Source: Sporichthyaceae bacterium (GTDB lineage: Bacteria > Actinomycetota > Actinomycetes > Sporichthyales > Sporichthyaceae). From it: 64,000 nucleotides of DNA. The position numbers and the translations under genes are program-made. The notes under the pieces are model-generated. The model made no database searches. It had not been told where the DNA came from and was given only the letters and a program-made list of their open reading frames with translations. The stretch spans positions 9,092 to 73,091 of the forward strand of contig DATAUG010000261.1 in NCBI GenBank assembly GCA_036268355.1, written 5' to 3'. This document shows positions 1 to 8,673 of this stretch, piece by piece (the first letter of the stretch is position 1; every line of letters begins with the position of its first letter).

Positions 1-141
1 CAGCTCCGCGGCCCACCGCCGGATCAGTTCGAGCTCGACGCGCGAGGCGTTCCTGGCCAGCATCACGAGCGAGCGGTCCGCGGCCGGCGGCCACGCCGAG
101 CCGACCGGCTCGACGGCCTGCGGCACTGGTCGCTGCGTCAT
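1..141 (-). CDS. PlsB-like glycerol-3-phosphate acyltransferase, N-terminal 47 codons only (gene runs off the window edge)
   Basis: Too short for the ORF track. The reverse strand from ATG 141..139 reads MTQRPVPQAVEPVGSAWPPAADRSLVMLARNASRVELELIRRWAAEL, open to position 1. The LV.LA..S.VE.ELI..W stretch resembles the N-terminus of mycobacterial PlsB as I recall it. ATGA start/stop overlap with the upstream WS/DGAT gene. Confidence 0.4.
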   Translation of the reverse strand, partial: MTQRPVPQAVEPVGSAWPPAADRSLVMLARNASRVELELIRRWAAEL

Positions 142-1580
142 CGGCCCAGCGCGAGGATCTCGTCGAATCCCTGACGGACGCAGTCGAGCAGCAGGTCCGG
201 GTCGGACACAGCGTCGTTGTCGGTCGCCAGCGTGATGCAGCAGGTCCCCGCGTGGGTGAGCATCACCGCCATGATCGCGCAGCCGGGCACCGGCCCGAAC
301 GGGTACATGCGTTCGATCCGGGCCCCGGCCAGATAGGCCGGCCGGGTCAGGCCGGGCACGTTGGAGGCCTGCAGCGCCAACCGGCCGGCCATCGACAACG
401 AGATCGGGGCCAGCACCGCGGCAGGCAACCGGGACAGCAGCGGGGCGGTGGCGCCGACGAAATCCAGCGCGGGCTCCTCGCGCACCGCTCGAACCCGTTC
501 GCGGACCAGTGCGACCCGGCGCAGCGGGTCGGCCTCCCCGACCGGTCCGGCCAGGTATGCGGCCGTGAACTTGTTGCCACCGCACTTGTCGTCCGGCTTA
601 CGCGTGCTGACCGGCAGCGCGACCGGTACATCGCCGACCGGCGCGCCGTTCTTGGCGTGATAGTGGCCCAATCCACCGAGCAAGGCGGCCAGGTAGACGT
701 CGTTGAGGCTGCCGCCGGCGGCCTTCGCGGCCGCGCGCAGATCGTCGAGCCGGCACTCGAGGATCCGCAGCCGCCGCGCCAACCCGCGTCGGCTCAACAA
801 CGGCGACGGGGTGCCGGGAACGTTTAGCACCCGGCGCAGTGATCGCACGTAGGCGACGGCGTCCGCCGGTCGGGTCAGCGTCCGGACGGCGAGTGCGGCA
901 CCGTCGAGCACCAGCCCGGCCACCGCACGCACCGACTCGGTCCGCTCGGGCAGGGGAGTGGCTGCGTCGATCGTCGGTAGCACCGGCTCGTCGGAGGGCT
1001 CCGGACCGGCCGCCAGCAGCATGTCGAACAACGCGACGCCCCAGGCCCCGTCGGTGATTGCGTGGTGCAGCTTGAGCAGGTACGCCGCCCTGCCGGTTGT
1101 TCCCTTGTCTCCCTCGCTCGTTCCTCGCTCGCTCGAGTCGCTCCCGTTACCCTCAGGCAGGCCCTCGACCAGCACCGCCTGCCACAACGGCCGCGCTGGG
1201 TCGAACGGGGCCATGTGCAGCGCGGCGGCCAGCTCCAGCAGCTCCGCTTCGCCACCGCCGGAAGGCAACTGACACCGCGTCAGGTGATAACCGAGGTCCA
1301 CCTGGGTCTGCTGCCAGCGTGGCCGGGACAGTCGCAGCGGGTCGTCGACCACCCGTTGGCGGAACCGCGGCACCGCGCGCACGTGGGCCGCGAGGGCCGC
1401 GGCGAGCCGGTCGGCCTCCGGGCTCCGGTCCAACAGGCACAGCAGGACCACGTCGGAACGCAGGCGGGGGTCGGCCTCGGCCCGCCACATCAGCGCCTCG
1501 GTGTCCGACAGCTCATGGCCCGCTGGCCAGGCGGCAAGGCGGTCCGTGTCCGGGGACACGGGGTTCTGACTGATAGTCAC
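138..1580 (-). CDS. Wax ester synthase/diacylglycerol acyltransferase (WS/DGAT) family protein
   Basis: 480-aa ORF with the HHxxxDG catalytic motif (LLKLHHAITDGAWG) and WS/DGAT-like N- and C-terminal halves. GTG start at 1580, 3 nt after the stop of the upstream paralogue. Confidence 0.9.
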   Translation of the reverse strand: MTISQNPVSPDTDRLAAWPAGHELSDTEALMWRAEADPRLRSDVVLLCLLDRSPEADRLAAALAAHVRAVPRFRQRVVDDPLRLSRPRWQQTQVDLGYHLTRCQLPSGGGEAELLELAAALHMAPFDPARPLWQAVLVEGLPEGNGSDSSERGTSEGDKGTTGRAAYLLKLHHAITDGAWGVALFDMLLAAGPEPSDEPVLPTIDAATPLPERTESVRAVAGLVLDGAALAVRTLTRPADAVAYVRSLRRVLNVPGTPSPLLSRRGLARRLRILECRLDDLRAAAKAAGGSLNDVYLAALLGGLGHYHAKNGAPVGDVPVALPVSTRKPDDKCGGNKFTAAYLAGPVGEADPLRRVALVRERVRAVREEPALDFVGATAPLLSRLPAAVLAPISLSMAGRLALQASNVPGLTRPAYLAGARIERMYPFGPVPGCAIMAVMLTHAGTCCITLATDNDAVSDPDLLLDCVRQGFDEILALGR

Positions 1581-1583
1581 TTT

Positions 1584-2972
1584 TCATTCCCCCCGTAGCG
1601 CGAGCACCTCGTCGAGCGCTTCCCGCATGCACGCGTTCAACAGATCCGGGTCCGGAACCGCGTCGTGGTCGGTGGTGACACCGATGCAGCACACGCCGTC
1701 ATGGGTCACCAGCGTCGACATCATCGCCGAGCCGGGCACCGGACCGAACGGATACATGCGCTCCATCCGGGCCCCGGCCAGATAGGCCGGACGGCTCAGC
1801 CCGGGGAAGTTGGAGGCCTGCAGATCCAGCGCCGCGGAGGTCTGCAGCGTGATCCCCGTCACCACCCCGGTGGGCAGCCGGGAGGTGAGCCCAGCCGTGG
1901 CGGCCAGAAAGTCCAGCGCAGGCTCGGCGCGCGCGGCTCGAACGCGGTCGCGGACCGTCCGGATGCGACGCACCGGGTCGGCCTCCCCGGCCGGCCCGGC
2001 GATGTAGGCGCCGGCGAATTTGTTGCCACCGGCGGAGTCGCCGGCCATCCGGAGGCTGACCGGCAACGCGGTCGGGAGATCCTCGATCACGGCGCCGTGC
2101 TTGGCGTGGTACCGGCCCAGACCGCCCAGCACGGCGGCCAGGTAGGCGTCGTTGACGCTGCCGCCGGCGGCCTTGCCGGCCGCCTTCAGGTCGGCCAGCG
2201 AGCATTCCAGGATCCGAACCCGACGGGCCAGGCCCCGGTTGGACAGCAACGGCGAGGGGGTACCGGGGACCCGGACCACCCGGCTCAGCGACCGCAGGTA
2301 GGACACCGCCGCGTTCGGGCCGCGCACGACCCGTCCGGTCACGTCGCCGACCCCGCGCACCATCCGCAGGGCCGCGCAGAGCGCGCCTCGTAGGTCGTCC
2401 AGCGGGCTCGGTGCGCTCTCCGCCCTCGGGACGTCGATACGGGCGTACCGCGCCGGATCGTCGGCCAGGTCCGGACCGGTTGCGTAGAGGATGTCGAACA
2501 GTTGGACGAGGCCCTGCGCGTCGGCCATCGCGTGATGCAGTTTCAGCAGATAGCCGGTCTTCCCCTCGGGCAGGCCCTCGACGAGCACGGCCTGCCAGAG
2601 CGGCCGGGCGGTGTCGAACGGCGCCATGTGCAGGCCCGCCGCGAGTTCCAGCGCGCCGGCCATGCCATCGCTGCCGGCCAGGCGGACCCGGGTCAGGTGG
2701 TAGGCCAGGTCGAGGTCGGTGTCCACCCAGGCCGGTGTGCGCCACCGCAGCGGGTCGTCGACGACCCGCTGCCGCAGCCGGGGCACGGCCTCGGCGGCCC
2801 AGACGTGCGAGGCCTGCAGCCGGTCCCAGTCCGGTGTCCGGTCCAGCACGGCGAGCATCACGCCGTCCGAGCGCAGCCGGGCGTCGGCCTCGGCCCGCCA
2901 CATCAGCGCCTCGAAGTCCGTCATCCGGGACCCGGCCGACCACTGGGCCCCCGCCTCGTGATGCGCGGTCAC
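1584..2972 (-). CDS. WS/DGAT family protein, tandem paralogue
   Basis: C-terminal ~450 aa of ORF 1584..4025 with motif LLKLHHAMADAQG. Shares ALMWRAEAD.RLRSD, PLWQAVLVEGLPEG and GGNKF..AY blocks with 138..1580. Start is GTG 2972 (GTGA overlap with the stop of 2969..3751) or ATG 2924. The remaining N-terminal part of the 813-aa ORF is a frame artefact across the lipase gene. Confidence 0.88.
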   Translation of the reverse strand: MTAHHEAGAQWSAGSRMTDFEALMWRAEADARLRSDGVMLAVLDRTPDWDRLQASHVWAAEAVPRLRQRVVDDPLRWRTPAWVDTDLDLAYHLTRVRLAGSDGMAGALELAAGLHMAPFDTARPLWQAVLVEGLPEGKTGYLLKLHHAMADAQGLVQLFDILYATGPDLADDPARYARIDVPRAESAPSPLDDLRGALCAALRMVRGVGDVTGRVVRGPNAAVSYLRSLSRVVRVPGTPSPLLSNRGLARRVRILECSLADLKAAGKAAGGSVNDAYLAAVLGGLGRYHAKHGAVIEDLPTALPVSLRMAGDSAGGNKFAGAYIAGPAGEADPVRRIRTVRDRVRAARAEPALDFLAATAGLTSRLPTGVVTGITLQTSAALDLQASNFPGLSRPAYLAGARMERMYPFGPVPGSAMMSTLVTHDGVCCIGVTTDHDAVPDPDLLNACMREALDEVLALRGE

Positions 2973-3751
2973 GATCTCGCCCCCAGCCAACGGACGAGCT
3001 CCTCGATCACCCGCTCCTTGATCGGCTCGTTGTAGATCTCGTGGAACGCCCCCGGCCACAGCGCAGCGGTGACATCGTCCGACGCGACGCCCGAGACGAC
3101 GATCCCGAGCGCGCGGGACGGGATCAACGCGTCCGCGCTGCCGTGCATCACCTGGACGGGCAGGGTCAACTCCGCCAGGCCGGCGATGAGTTTCTCCGAG
3201 TCGGCCAGAATCCCCAGCGTGGTCCGCGACGGCGGGCCCTGGTGGACCAACGGGTCCGCTTTGTAGGCGGCGACCACCGCCGGGTCGGATGAGACCGCGT
3301 CGGCCAGTGGTAGTTCGGGGATCTCCGGCAGCGCGGCCAGGGCGAGCAGTTCGGGTGGGAACACGATCGCGGCCCCGGACACCGACAGCCCCCGCAGCCG
3401 ATCCTGGTGCGCCTGCGCGTAGGCCAGCGCGATCGCCCCACCCATCGAGTGGCCGAGCAGGAATATCGGCCGTTGTTCGGCGCCGGCGATATCGACCAGC
3501 AGATCCAGATCGGCGACCACCGCGTCCATCGAACCGATGTCGCCGCGCTCGCCGCCCGAGCGGCCGTGGCCGCGGTGGTCCAGGGCCCACACGTTGAACC
3601 CGGCGGCAACCAGGGCAGCCGCGACGTGACCGTAGCGACCGCTGTGCTCGGCGTACCCGTGCGCGATCACGACCTCGGCCCGCGGCGCCGTGGCCTGCCA
3701 GGTCTGGAAGTACACCCGACCCTCGGCCAGGCTGCCCTCTCGATGCTGCAC
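2969..3751 (-). CDS. Alpha/beta hydrolase, monoacylglycerol lipase/lysophospholipase family
   Basis: 260 aa with oxyanion HG (VIAHGYAEHSGRY), LDHRGHGRSGG, nucleophile elbow GHSMGG and C-terminal HE..NEP. Close in layout to mycobacterial Rv0183-type monoglyceride lipase (from memory). Confidence 0.85.
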   Translation of the reverse strand: MQHREGSLAEGRVYFQTWQATAPRAEVVIAHGYAEHSGRYGHVAAALVAAGFNVWALDHRGHGRSGGERGDIGSMDAVVADLDLLVDIAGAEQRPIFLLGHSMGGAIALAYAQAHQDRLRGLSVSGAAIVFPPELLALAALPEIPELPLADAVSSDPAVVAAYKADPLVHQGPPSRTTLGILADSEKLIAGLAELTLPVQVMHGSADALIPSRALGIVVSGVASDDVTAALWPGAFHEIYNEPIKERVIEELVRWLGARS

Positions 3752-3849
3752 CGGGGGTTCCTTCCGAATTCGGGGTTACTGGTGAGTTGCAACGCAACTT
3801 ACGCGCAGGCGCGCGGAGGCGCCAAGGTGAACGGACTACTCTCTCGCGC

Positions 3850-5211
3850 TCAGCGACCCGCTCGTGCCGTGCCGACCACGTCGAGCATCTCGGCCACCGT
3901 GCACAGCTTGACCCGTGGCCGACCACCTGCCCCCGAGGCGATCTCGTGCCGGTCGATCGCCCGCCAGTCGAGTTCCTCGACGACATCCGGGCAACGCTGC
4001 CGGACCCAGTCCGCCAGGCCCGCAATCGCCGCCGGGTCGCGGTCCGGCCGGTGCGCCAGCTCGGCCAACGCGGCCTCGGCGGTCTCCTGACCGTCCTTGC
4101 GGTTGGTCCCGATGACGCCGCTCGGTCCCCGCTTGATCCAGCCGGCGACGTACTCCCGGTCGCCCCCGATGACCCGGCCGGCCGAGTTCGGGATGACGCC
4201 CCGCCGTTGGTCGAAGGCCACCTCCGGCAGCGCCACCCCGCGATAGCCGACAGCCCGGATCACCAGCCCGGTCGACAGCGTCTCCCGAAGCCCGTTGTCC
4301 TGCGCCCGCACCGTCCCGTCGTCTCCGGTGACGAGGTCGTTGTGACCCAGGACGATCTCACCGACGTGGCCGGCCGCGTCGGGTCGGATCTCGATCGGCG
4401 AGCGGGCGAAACGCAGCACCAGCCGCCGCGGGCGTCCGGTCGGCGGATGATCGGCAACCAGCCGGCGCATCGCCTCGAGGTTGGTGCGCACCGTGTGCGG
4501 GGCGTCGGTCAGCGCGTCCGGCGTCAACCCGACCAGATCCGCCGGATCCAGGACGCAGTCGACGTCGTCCAGTTCGCCGAGCTCGCGCAACTCCTGCGTG
4601 GTGAACGCGCCCTGCACGGGCCCCCGGCGCGCGACGACTACGACCTCGCGGACCTTCGAGGCCTGTAGCGCGGCCAGCGCGTGGTCGGCGGTGTCGGTGC
4701 CGGCCAGCACCTCGGTGTCGGTCACCAGCATCCGGGCCACGTCCAGGGCGACGTTGCCCGCGCCGATCACCACGGCCCGCTCGCTGCTCAGATCCACCGC
4801 GAAGTCACGGAAGTCCGGGTGGCCGTTGTACCAGCCGACGAAATCGGTGGCGGCGATGCTGCCGGGCAGGTCCTCACCGGGGATGCCGAGGTGGTTGTCG
4901 CTCTTGGCGCCCACCGCGTAGACGATCGCGTCGTACCGCTCGAGCAGCTCGGCACGGGAGACGTCGCGGCCGAACTCGACGTTGCCGAAGAAGCGGAATC
5001 GTTCGTGATCGGCGGTCTTGGCGAACGTGGCCCCGACGTTCTTGATCTTCGGATGGTCCGGGGCCACCCCGGACCGCACCAGGCCCCACGGCGTCGGCAA
5101 CTTCTCGTAGACGTCCACGTGGACCAGCGGGTCCTCGGCTCGCAACAGCGCGGCGGTCGCGTAGAACGCCGCCGGCCCCGAACCGATCACCGCCACGCAC
5201 GCACGAGTCAT
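3850..5211 (-). CDS. fprA: NADPH-ferredoxin (adrenodoxin-type) reductase
   Basis: 453 aa with VIGSGPAAFY dinucleotide fold, LPTPWGLVRSGVAPDHPKIK, VVIGAGNVALDVAR and GWIKRGPSGVIGTN. Collinear with M. tuberculosis FprA as I recall it. Confidence 0.9.
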   Translation of the reverse strand: MTRACVAVIGSGPAAFYATAALLRAEDPLVHVDVYEKLPTPWGLVRSGVAPDHPKIKNVGATFAKTADHERFRFFGNVEFGRDVSRAELLERYDAIVYAVGAKSDNHLGIPGEDLPGSIAATDFVGWYNGHPDFRDFAVDLSSERAVVIGAGNVALDVARMLVTDTEVLAGTDTADHALAALQASKVREVVVVARRGPVQGAFTTQELRELGELDDVDCVLDPADLVGLTPDALTDAPHTVRTNLEAMRRLVADHPPTGRPRRLVLRFARSPIEIRPDAAGHVGEIVLGHNDLVTGDDGTVRAQDNGLRETLSTGLVIRAVGYRGVALPEVAFDQRRGVIPNSAGRVIGGDREYVAGWIKRGPSGVIGTNRKDGQETAEAALAELAHRPDRDPAAIAGLADWVRQRCPDVVEELDWRAIDRHEIASGAGGRPRVKLCTVAEMLDVVGTARAGR

Positions 5212-5223
5212 GGCACCGACTTT

Positions 5224-5287
5224 AGAGGGTGTCTCACGTGGCGAACTGGCCTACTGCGGCTACCGCCGGCCACGCGAGACACCCTCT
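5224..5287 (+). repeat. MITE/REP-like palindromic element, copy A (short form, 64 bp)
   Basis: AGAGGGTGTCTCACGTGGC...CTGGCCTACTGCGGC...GCCACGCGAGACACCCTCT with 19-bp inverted ends and one mismatch. Same family as 18282, 47064 and 47750. Lies in the divergent fprA/DedA intergenic region, 13 nt upstream of the fprA ATG. Confidence 0.8.
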
Positions 5288-5362
5288 TATTCAGAGTCCG
5301 GCGGCGCGTGACTTCCCGGCGTCGCGGCCCTGGCACGGCCGGGACGTGCGATCCTTTCTCGG

Positions 5363-6106
5363 ATGACCGAGCACCCGGGACCTGCCGCTGCGGCTTCCCC
5401 GCAGTCGACCCCGGGGGCGGCTCCGCACGCCCCGTGGGGCGACGGACCTTCGCAGCGCGCCGACAAGGTGATCCTCGGCGTGTTGATCTTCATGGGCTTC
5501 TACTACTTCGCGACGATGTTCCTGGTCGGACCCCTGGTGGGCCGGCACCCGGCGTTGTTGGCAGTGATCCGCGGGTCCGTCTCCGCGGTGATCACTCTTG
5601 GCGCGCTCGCCCGGACCGGACACGGATCCATGATGGTCGCGGTGCTGGCCGGGCTGCCCGGAACGATGATGTTCGACTGGGTGTTCTGGTGGGCCGGGCG
5701 GCGCTGGGGCGAGAACGCCCTTCGCATGGTCTTTCGGGGCCGAAAGGCGCAGCGGCGCATCGAGCTCGTCAGGCGTCTCGGTCACCGTTACGGATGGCTC
5801 CTGTTGGTGACCGCCTACATCGGCCCCATCCCGATGCAGTTGATCGCGGTCGCGGTCGCCATGGCGGGTATGTCCCTGCCGGTCTTTCTGATCCTGGACG
5901 CGATCGGCGCACTCATCTGGCTCGGCCTTTGGGCCGGTCTCGGATATTGGATCGGGGAGAGCGCCGTCCACGTTGCCGACACGGTCTCCCACTACTCGTT
6001 GGAGCTGACCATCGCTCTGGTCGTGCTGATCGTGGCCCGGCAGGTGCGGTCGGCCCGTCGGCAAGTCGGTGCGGCCGCCGGACCGCCGGGTTGGGGACGC
6101 GGCTGA
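5363..6106 (+). CDS. DedA/VTT-family membrane protein
   Basis: 247 aa, multi-pass hydrophobic, with a DedA-like F.WAGRRWGE motif. The Pro/Ala-rich N-terminal 30 aa make the start uncertain. Confidence 0.6.
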   Translation: MTEHPGPAAAASPQSTPGAAPHAPWGDGPSQRADKVILGVLIFMGFYYFATMFLVGPLVGRHPALLAVIRGSVSAVITLGALARTGHGSMMVAVLAGLPGTMMFDWVFWWAGRRWGENALRMVFRGRKAQRRIELVRRLGHRYGWLLLVTAYIGPIPMQLIAVAVAMAGMSLPVFLILDAIGALIWLGLWAGLGYWIGESAVHVADTVSHYSLELTIALVVLIVARQVRSARRQVGAAAGPPGWGRG

Positions 6107-6158
6107 GCCGCCCTCCCCGCTGTCCGCTCCCCTGCCCTCCCCGATGGGTGGGGGTGCC

Positions 6159-6950
6159 TCAGACGATGCGTGCCGCGTCCAGGAAGCGGGTGCCGAGCGC
6201 GTCATCGCCCTTGATGCTCACGCCGGCCGTGCGCCACGGTTCCCGCCCGGTGCCCCAGACGCCGAACGCGGCGGCGTCGCCCTCGATCGTGACGACCGCG
6301 CGACCGGAGGCACCCTGTCGCGTGACCACCCGGCCCTTGGCCCCGCCCGGCTCGACCGTCCACGTACTGCCGCCCGGCCCGACCAGGTTTACCTCGACCG
6401 GGGCGCTCAGCCAGGACAGTCGATCGCCGGACATGGCCGGCAGGCCGAGCATCATCCATTCGATGGCTACCGAGACCATGTTGGCGTCCGGCGCCGCCGC
6501 CGGGCGACCCAGGGCGGTCGCGATGTCGTGGCCGACGTGCAACGTGTGGTCGAACACGAACGCGCTTGCGAGCACCGCCGCCGGGTAGGTGCCGATCTCG
6601 GCCACCTTGATCGGCAACGACCGCAGGCCGGGCCCCTGCAACGCCTTGGCCATCGGCCGGAACCGCTTGCCCCACACGGTGTACTCGGCCAACACCTGCG
6701 CGCCCGGCCACGCCCGGCGCTTGGCCACGTCGGCGTCGTTCGCGCGCTCGATGTCCTTGCCCAGCATGAGTTTCACGAACCACGGGGTGAACGCCCCGTG
6801 ATAGGCCGCGCCCATGTGCGAGACCACGTCCTTGACGGTCCAGTCGGCGCAGCGGCTGGGTTTGGCCCAGTCCGCATCCGACAGCTTCGACAGGTAGGCG
6901 ACGTTCGCGTCATGGCAGGCGATCAACGCGGCGACCCGATCGGCGGGCAT
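6159..6950 (-). CDS. Mycothiol-dependent maleylpyruvate isomerase family (DinB_2/TIGR03083-like) protein
   Basis: 263 aa. N-terminal ...LSDADWAKPSRCADWTVKDVVSHM... is typical of the DinB-fold metal-binding N-domain of this actinobacterial family. Confidence 0.7.
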   Translation of the reverse strand: MPADRVAALIACHDANVAYLSKLSDADWAKPSRCADWTVKDVVSHMGAAYHGAFTPWFVKLMLGKDIERANDADVAKRRAWPGAQVLAEYTVWGKRFRPMAKALQGPGLRSLPIKVAEIGTYPAAVLASAFVFDHTLHVGHDIATALGRPAAAPDANMVSVAIEWMMLGLPAMSGDRLSWLSAPVEVNLVGPGGSTWTVEPGGAKGRVVTRQGASGRAVVTIEGDAAAFGVWGTGREPWRTAGVSIKGDDALGTRFLDAARIV

Positions 6951-7006
6951 GTGGGCTCCTCTGCTGGAGTGCTCGGGGGCTTCGGTCGGCCTCCGACGTC
7001 TCCGAT

Positions 7007-7044
7007 CTGATGCGATCTTCAGTTGCTGATGCGATCTTCAGTTG
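7007..7044. repeat. Perfect 19-bp tandem duplication (CTGATGCGATCTTCAGTTG x2) spanning the stop codon of the acyl-CoA synthetase gene
   Basis: Read directly: 7007..7025 and 7026..7044 are identical. Each unit carries a TGA on the minus strand. It is locally AT-richer than the surrounding DNA. Confidence 0.9.
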
Positions 7045-8597
7045 ATCGTGCGGCCCTTACCCGCCCAGAACGGTGCCCGCAGTTCCCGCTTGAGCACCTT
7101 CATTGCCGCGGACAGCGGCAATCCTTCGCTGCGCAGGTCGATCGAACGCGGCACCTTGTAGCCGGCGATCGTCGTCCGGGCGTGGGCGATCAGGTCCTCG
7201 GCGGTCACCTCGTGGCCGGGCCGGACCACGCACACCGCATGCACCGCCTCACCCCACACCTCGTGCGGAATGCCGATGACTGCGATCTGCAGCACCGCCG
7301 GGTGGGTGGAGATGGCGTTCTCCACCTCGACCGAGTAGATGTTCTCCCCGCCGGAGATGATCATGTCCTTCGCCCGGTCGACCAGGAACAGGTAGCCCTC
7401 GGAGTCGAGGTAGCCGACGTCGCCGCTGTAATACCAGCCGTCCCGTAGCGCGTGAGCTGTCTCCACCGGCTTGTTCAGGTAGCCGGTCATGAAGTTGCCG
7501 GCGCGGGCGCACACCTCGCCGGGCTCGCCGGTCGGGACCGGATTTCCGTCCTCGTCGCGGATCTCGAGCTGCACGCCCGGCACGGCGCGGCCGCAGGAGC
7601 CCAACCGCTTACCGCGGCGGTGTTCTGCGTCGGACAGCACGGTGAGCACCGTGCAGCACTCGGTCATCCCGTAGCCCTGGACGATCTCGCAGTCGGGCAA
7701 CATCTCGAGCAGCCTGCTCAGCAACACCTCGGGCATCGGGGAGGCGCCGTAGATGATCCGGCGCAGGCTGTCCAGCCGCTCCGGGCGGAAATCCGGGGCG
7801 TTTACGATCATGCCGAGCATGGTCGGCACCAGCACGGTCGAGGACGGGGCGAAGGTCTGCGTCGCGACCATCGAGGCCTCGGGGGAGAAGGTCGGCAGCA
7901 CGACGATCGGGGTGCCGAACATCGGGGCGCCGACCAACCCGATCATCGTGGCGCCGTGGAACATCGGGGTCTGCACCAGGAACGGGGCGCTGGTGTCCCA
8001 CGGCAGCACCATTGCCGCGTGGTACTGGTTCAACACCTCGGCGCGCTGGCTGAGCACCACACCCTTGGGCATGCCGGTGGTCCCGCCGGTGTACATGAGA
8101 ACCGCGGCTGACTCCTCGTCAGGTTCTTCTGCCGGCTGCGGTTCGGCCGCGGCCAGCAGGCTCTCGTAGGCGATGTCGGCGGGGCCCTCGCCGGACCCGA
8201 TCAGTACCACTCGCTTCAGTGGGGTGCGGTCGCGGATCGCGTCGATCAGCGGGGCGAAGGTCGCGTCGACGAAGCACACGGTGCTGCCGCTGTCGTTGAG
8301 CACGTAGCCGAGTTCCTCGGCTGAGAACCGCAGATTCAGTGGGTTCATCACCGCGGCGCCCAGCAGGCAGGCGTGCCACAGCTCCACGAACGGCAGCGAA
8401 TTCATGCCGAGCACCGCGACCCGTTCGTCCGCGGCGATCCCGAGTTCGGTGCGCAGCGCGTGCGACAACCTCGAGATCCGGTCCAGATGCTCGCCGAACT
8501 TGACCGTCTGCCCGGTGGCCGCGTCGACGAAGCCGATCCGATCGGCGTTGTCGCGCAGGCTCGGCAACAGCGAACGGGTGAACACGAGTTCCTTCAT
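7038..8597 (-). CDS. Acyl-CoA synthetase (AMP-forming fatty-acid-CoA ligase, FadD-like)
   Basis: 519 aa with AMP-binding motifs LMYTGGTTGMPKGV, GYGMTE and GDVGYLDSEGYLFLVDRAKDMIISGGENIYS. Confidence 0.9.
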   Translation of the reverse strand: MKELVFTRSLLPSLRDNADRIGFVDAATGQTVKFGEHLDRISRLSHALRTELGIAADERVAVLGMNSLPFVELWHACLLGAAVMNPLNLRFSAEELGYVLNDSGSTVCFVDATFAPLIDAIRDRTPLKRVVLIGSGEGPADIAYESLLAAAEPQPAEEPDEESAAVLMYTGGTTGMPKGVVLSQRAEVLNQYHAAMVLPWDTSAPFLVQTPMFHGATMIGLVGAPMFGTPIVVLPTFSPEASMVATQTFAPSSTVLVPTMLGMIVNAPDFRPERLDSLRRIIYGASPMPEVLLSRLLEMLPDCEIVQGYGMTECCTVLTVLSDAEHRRGKRLGSCGRAVPGVQLEIRDEDGNPVPTGEPGEVCARAGNFMTGYLNKPVETAHALRDGWYYSGDVGYLDSEGYLFLVDRAKDMIISGGENIYSVEVENAISTHPAVLQIAVIGIPHEVWGEAVHAVCVVRPGHEVTAEDLIAHARTTIAGYKVPRSIDLRSEGLPLSAAMKVLKRELRAPFWAGKGRTIN

Positions 8598-8673
8598 GGC
8601 ACCCTCCGGCGAGGATCCGGCTGAAGCCTGCCCGGGACGGCAGACAGTTCATGTTCGGTGTTTGGCGACGAGA

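Noticed and set aside
2973-4025. N-terminal 350 aa of the 813-aa ORF 1584..4025
   Set aside because: Arg/Gly/Pro-rich low-complexity translation that overlaps, out of frame, the well-supported lipase gene 2969..3751. Homology to WS/DGAT starts only near 2924-2972.
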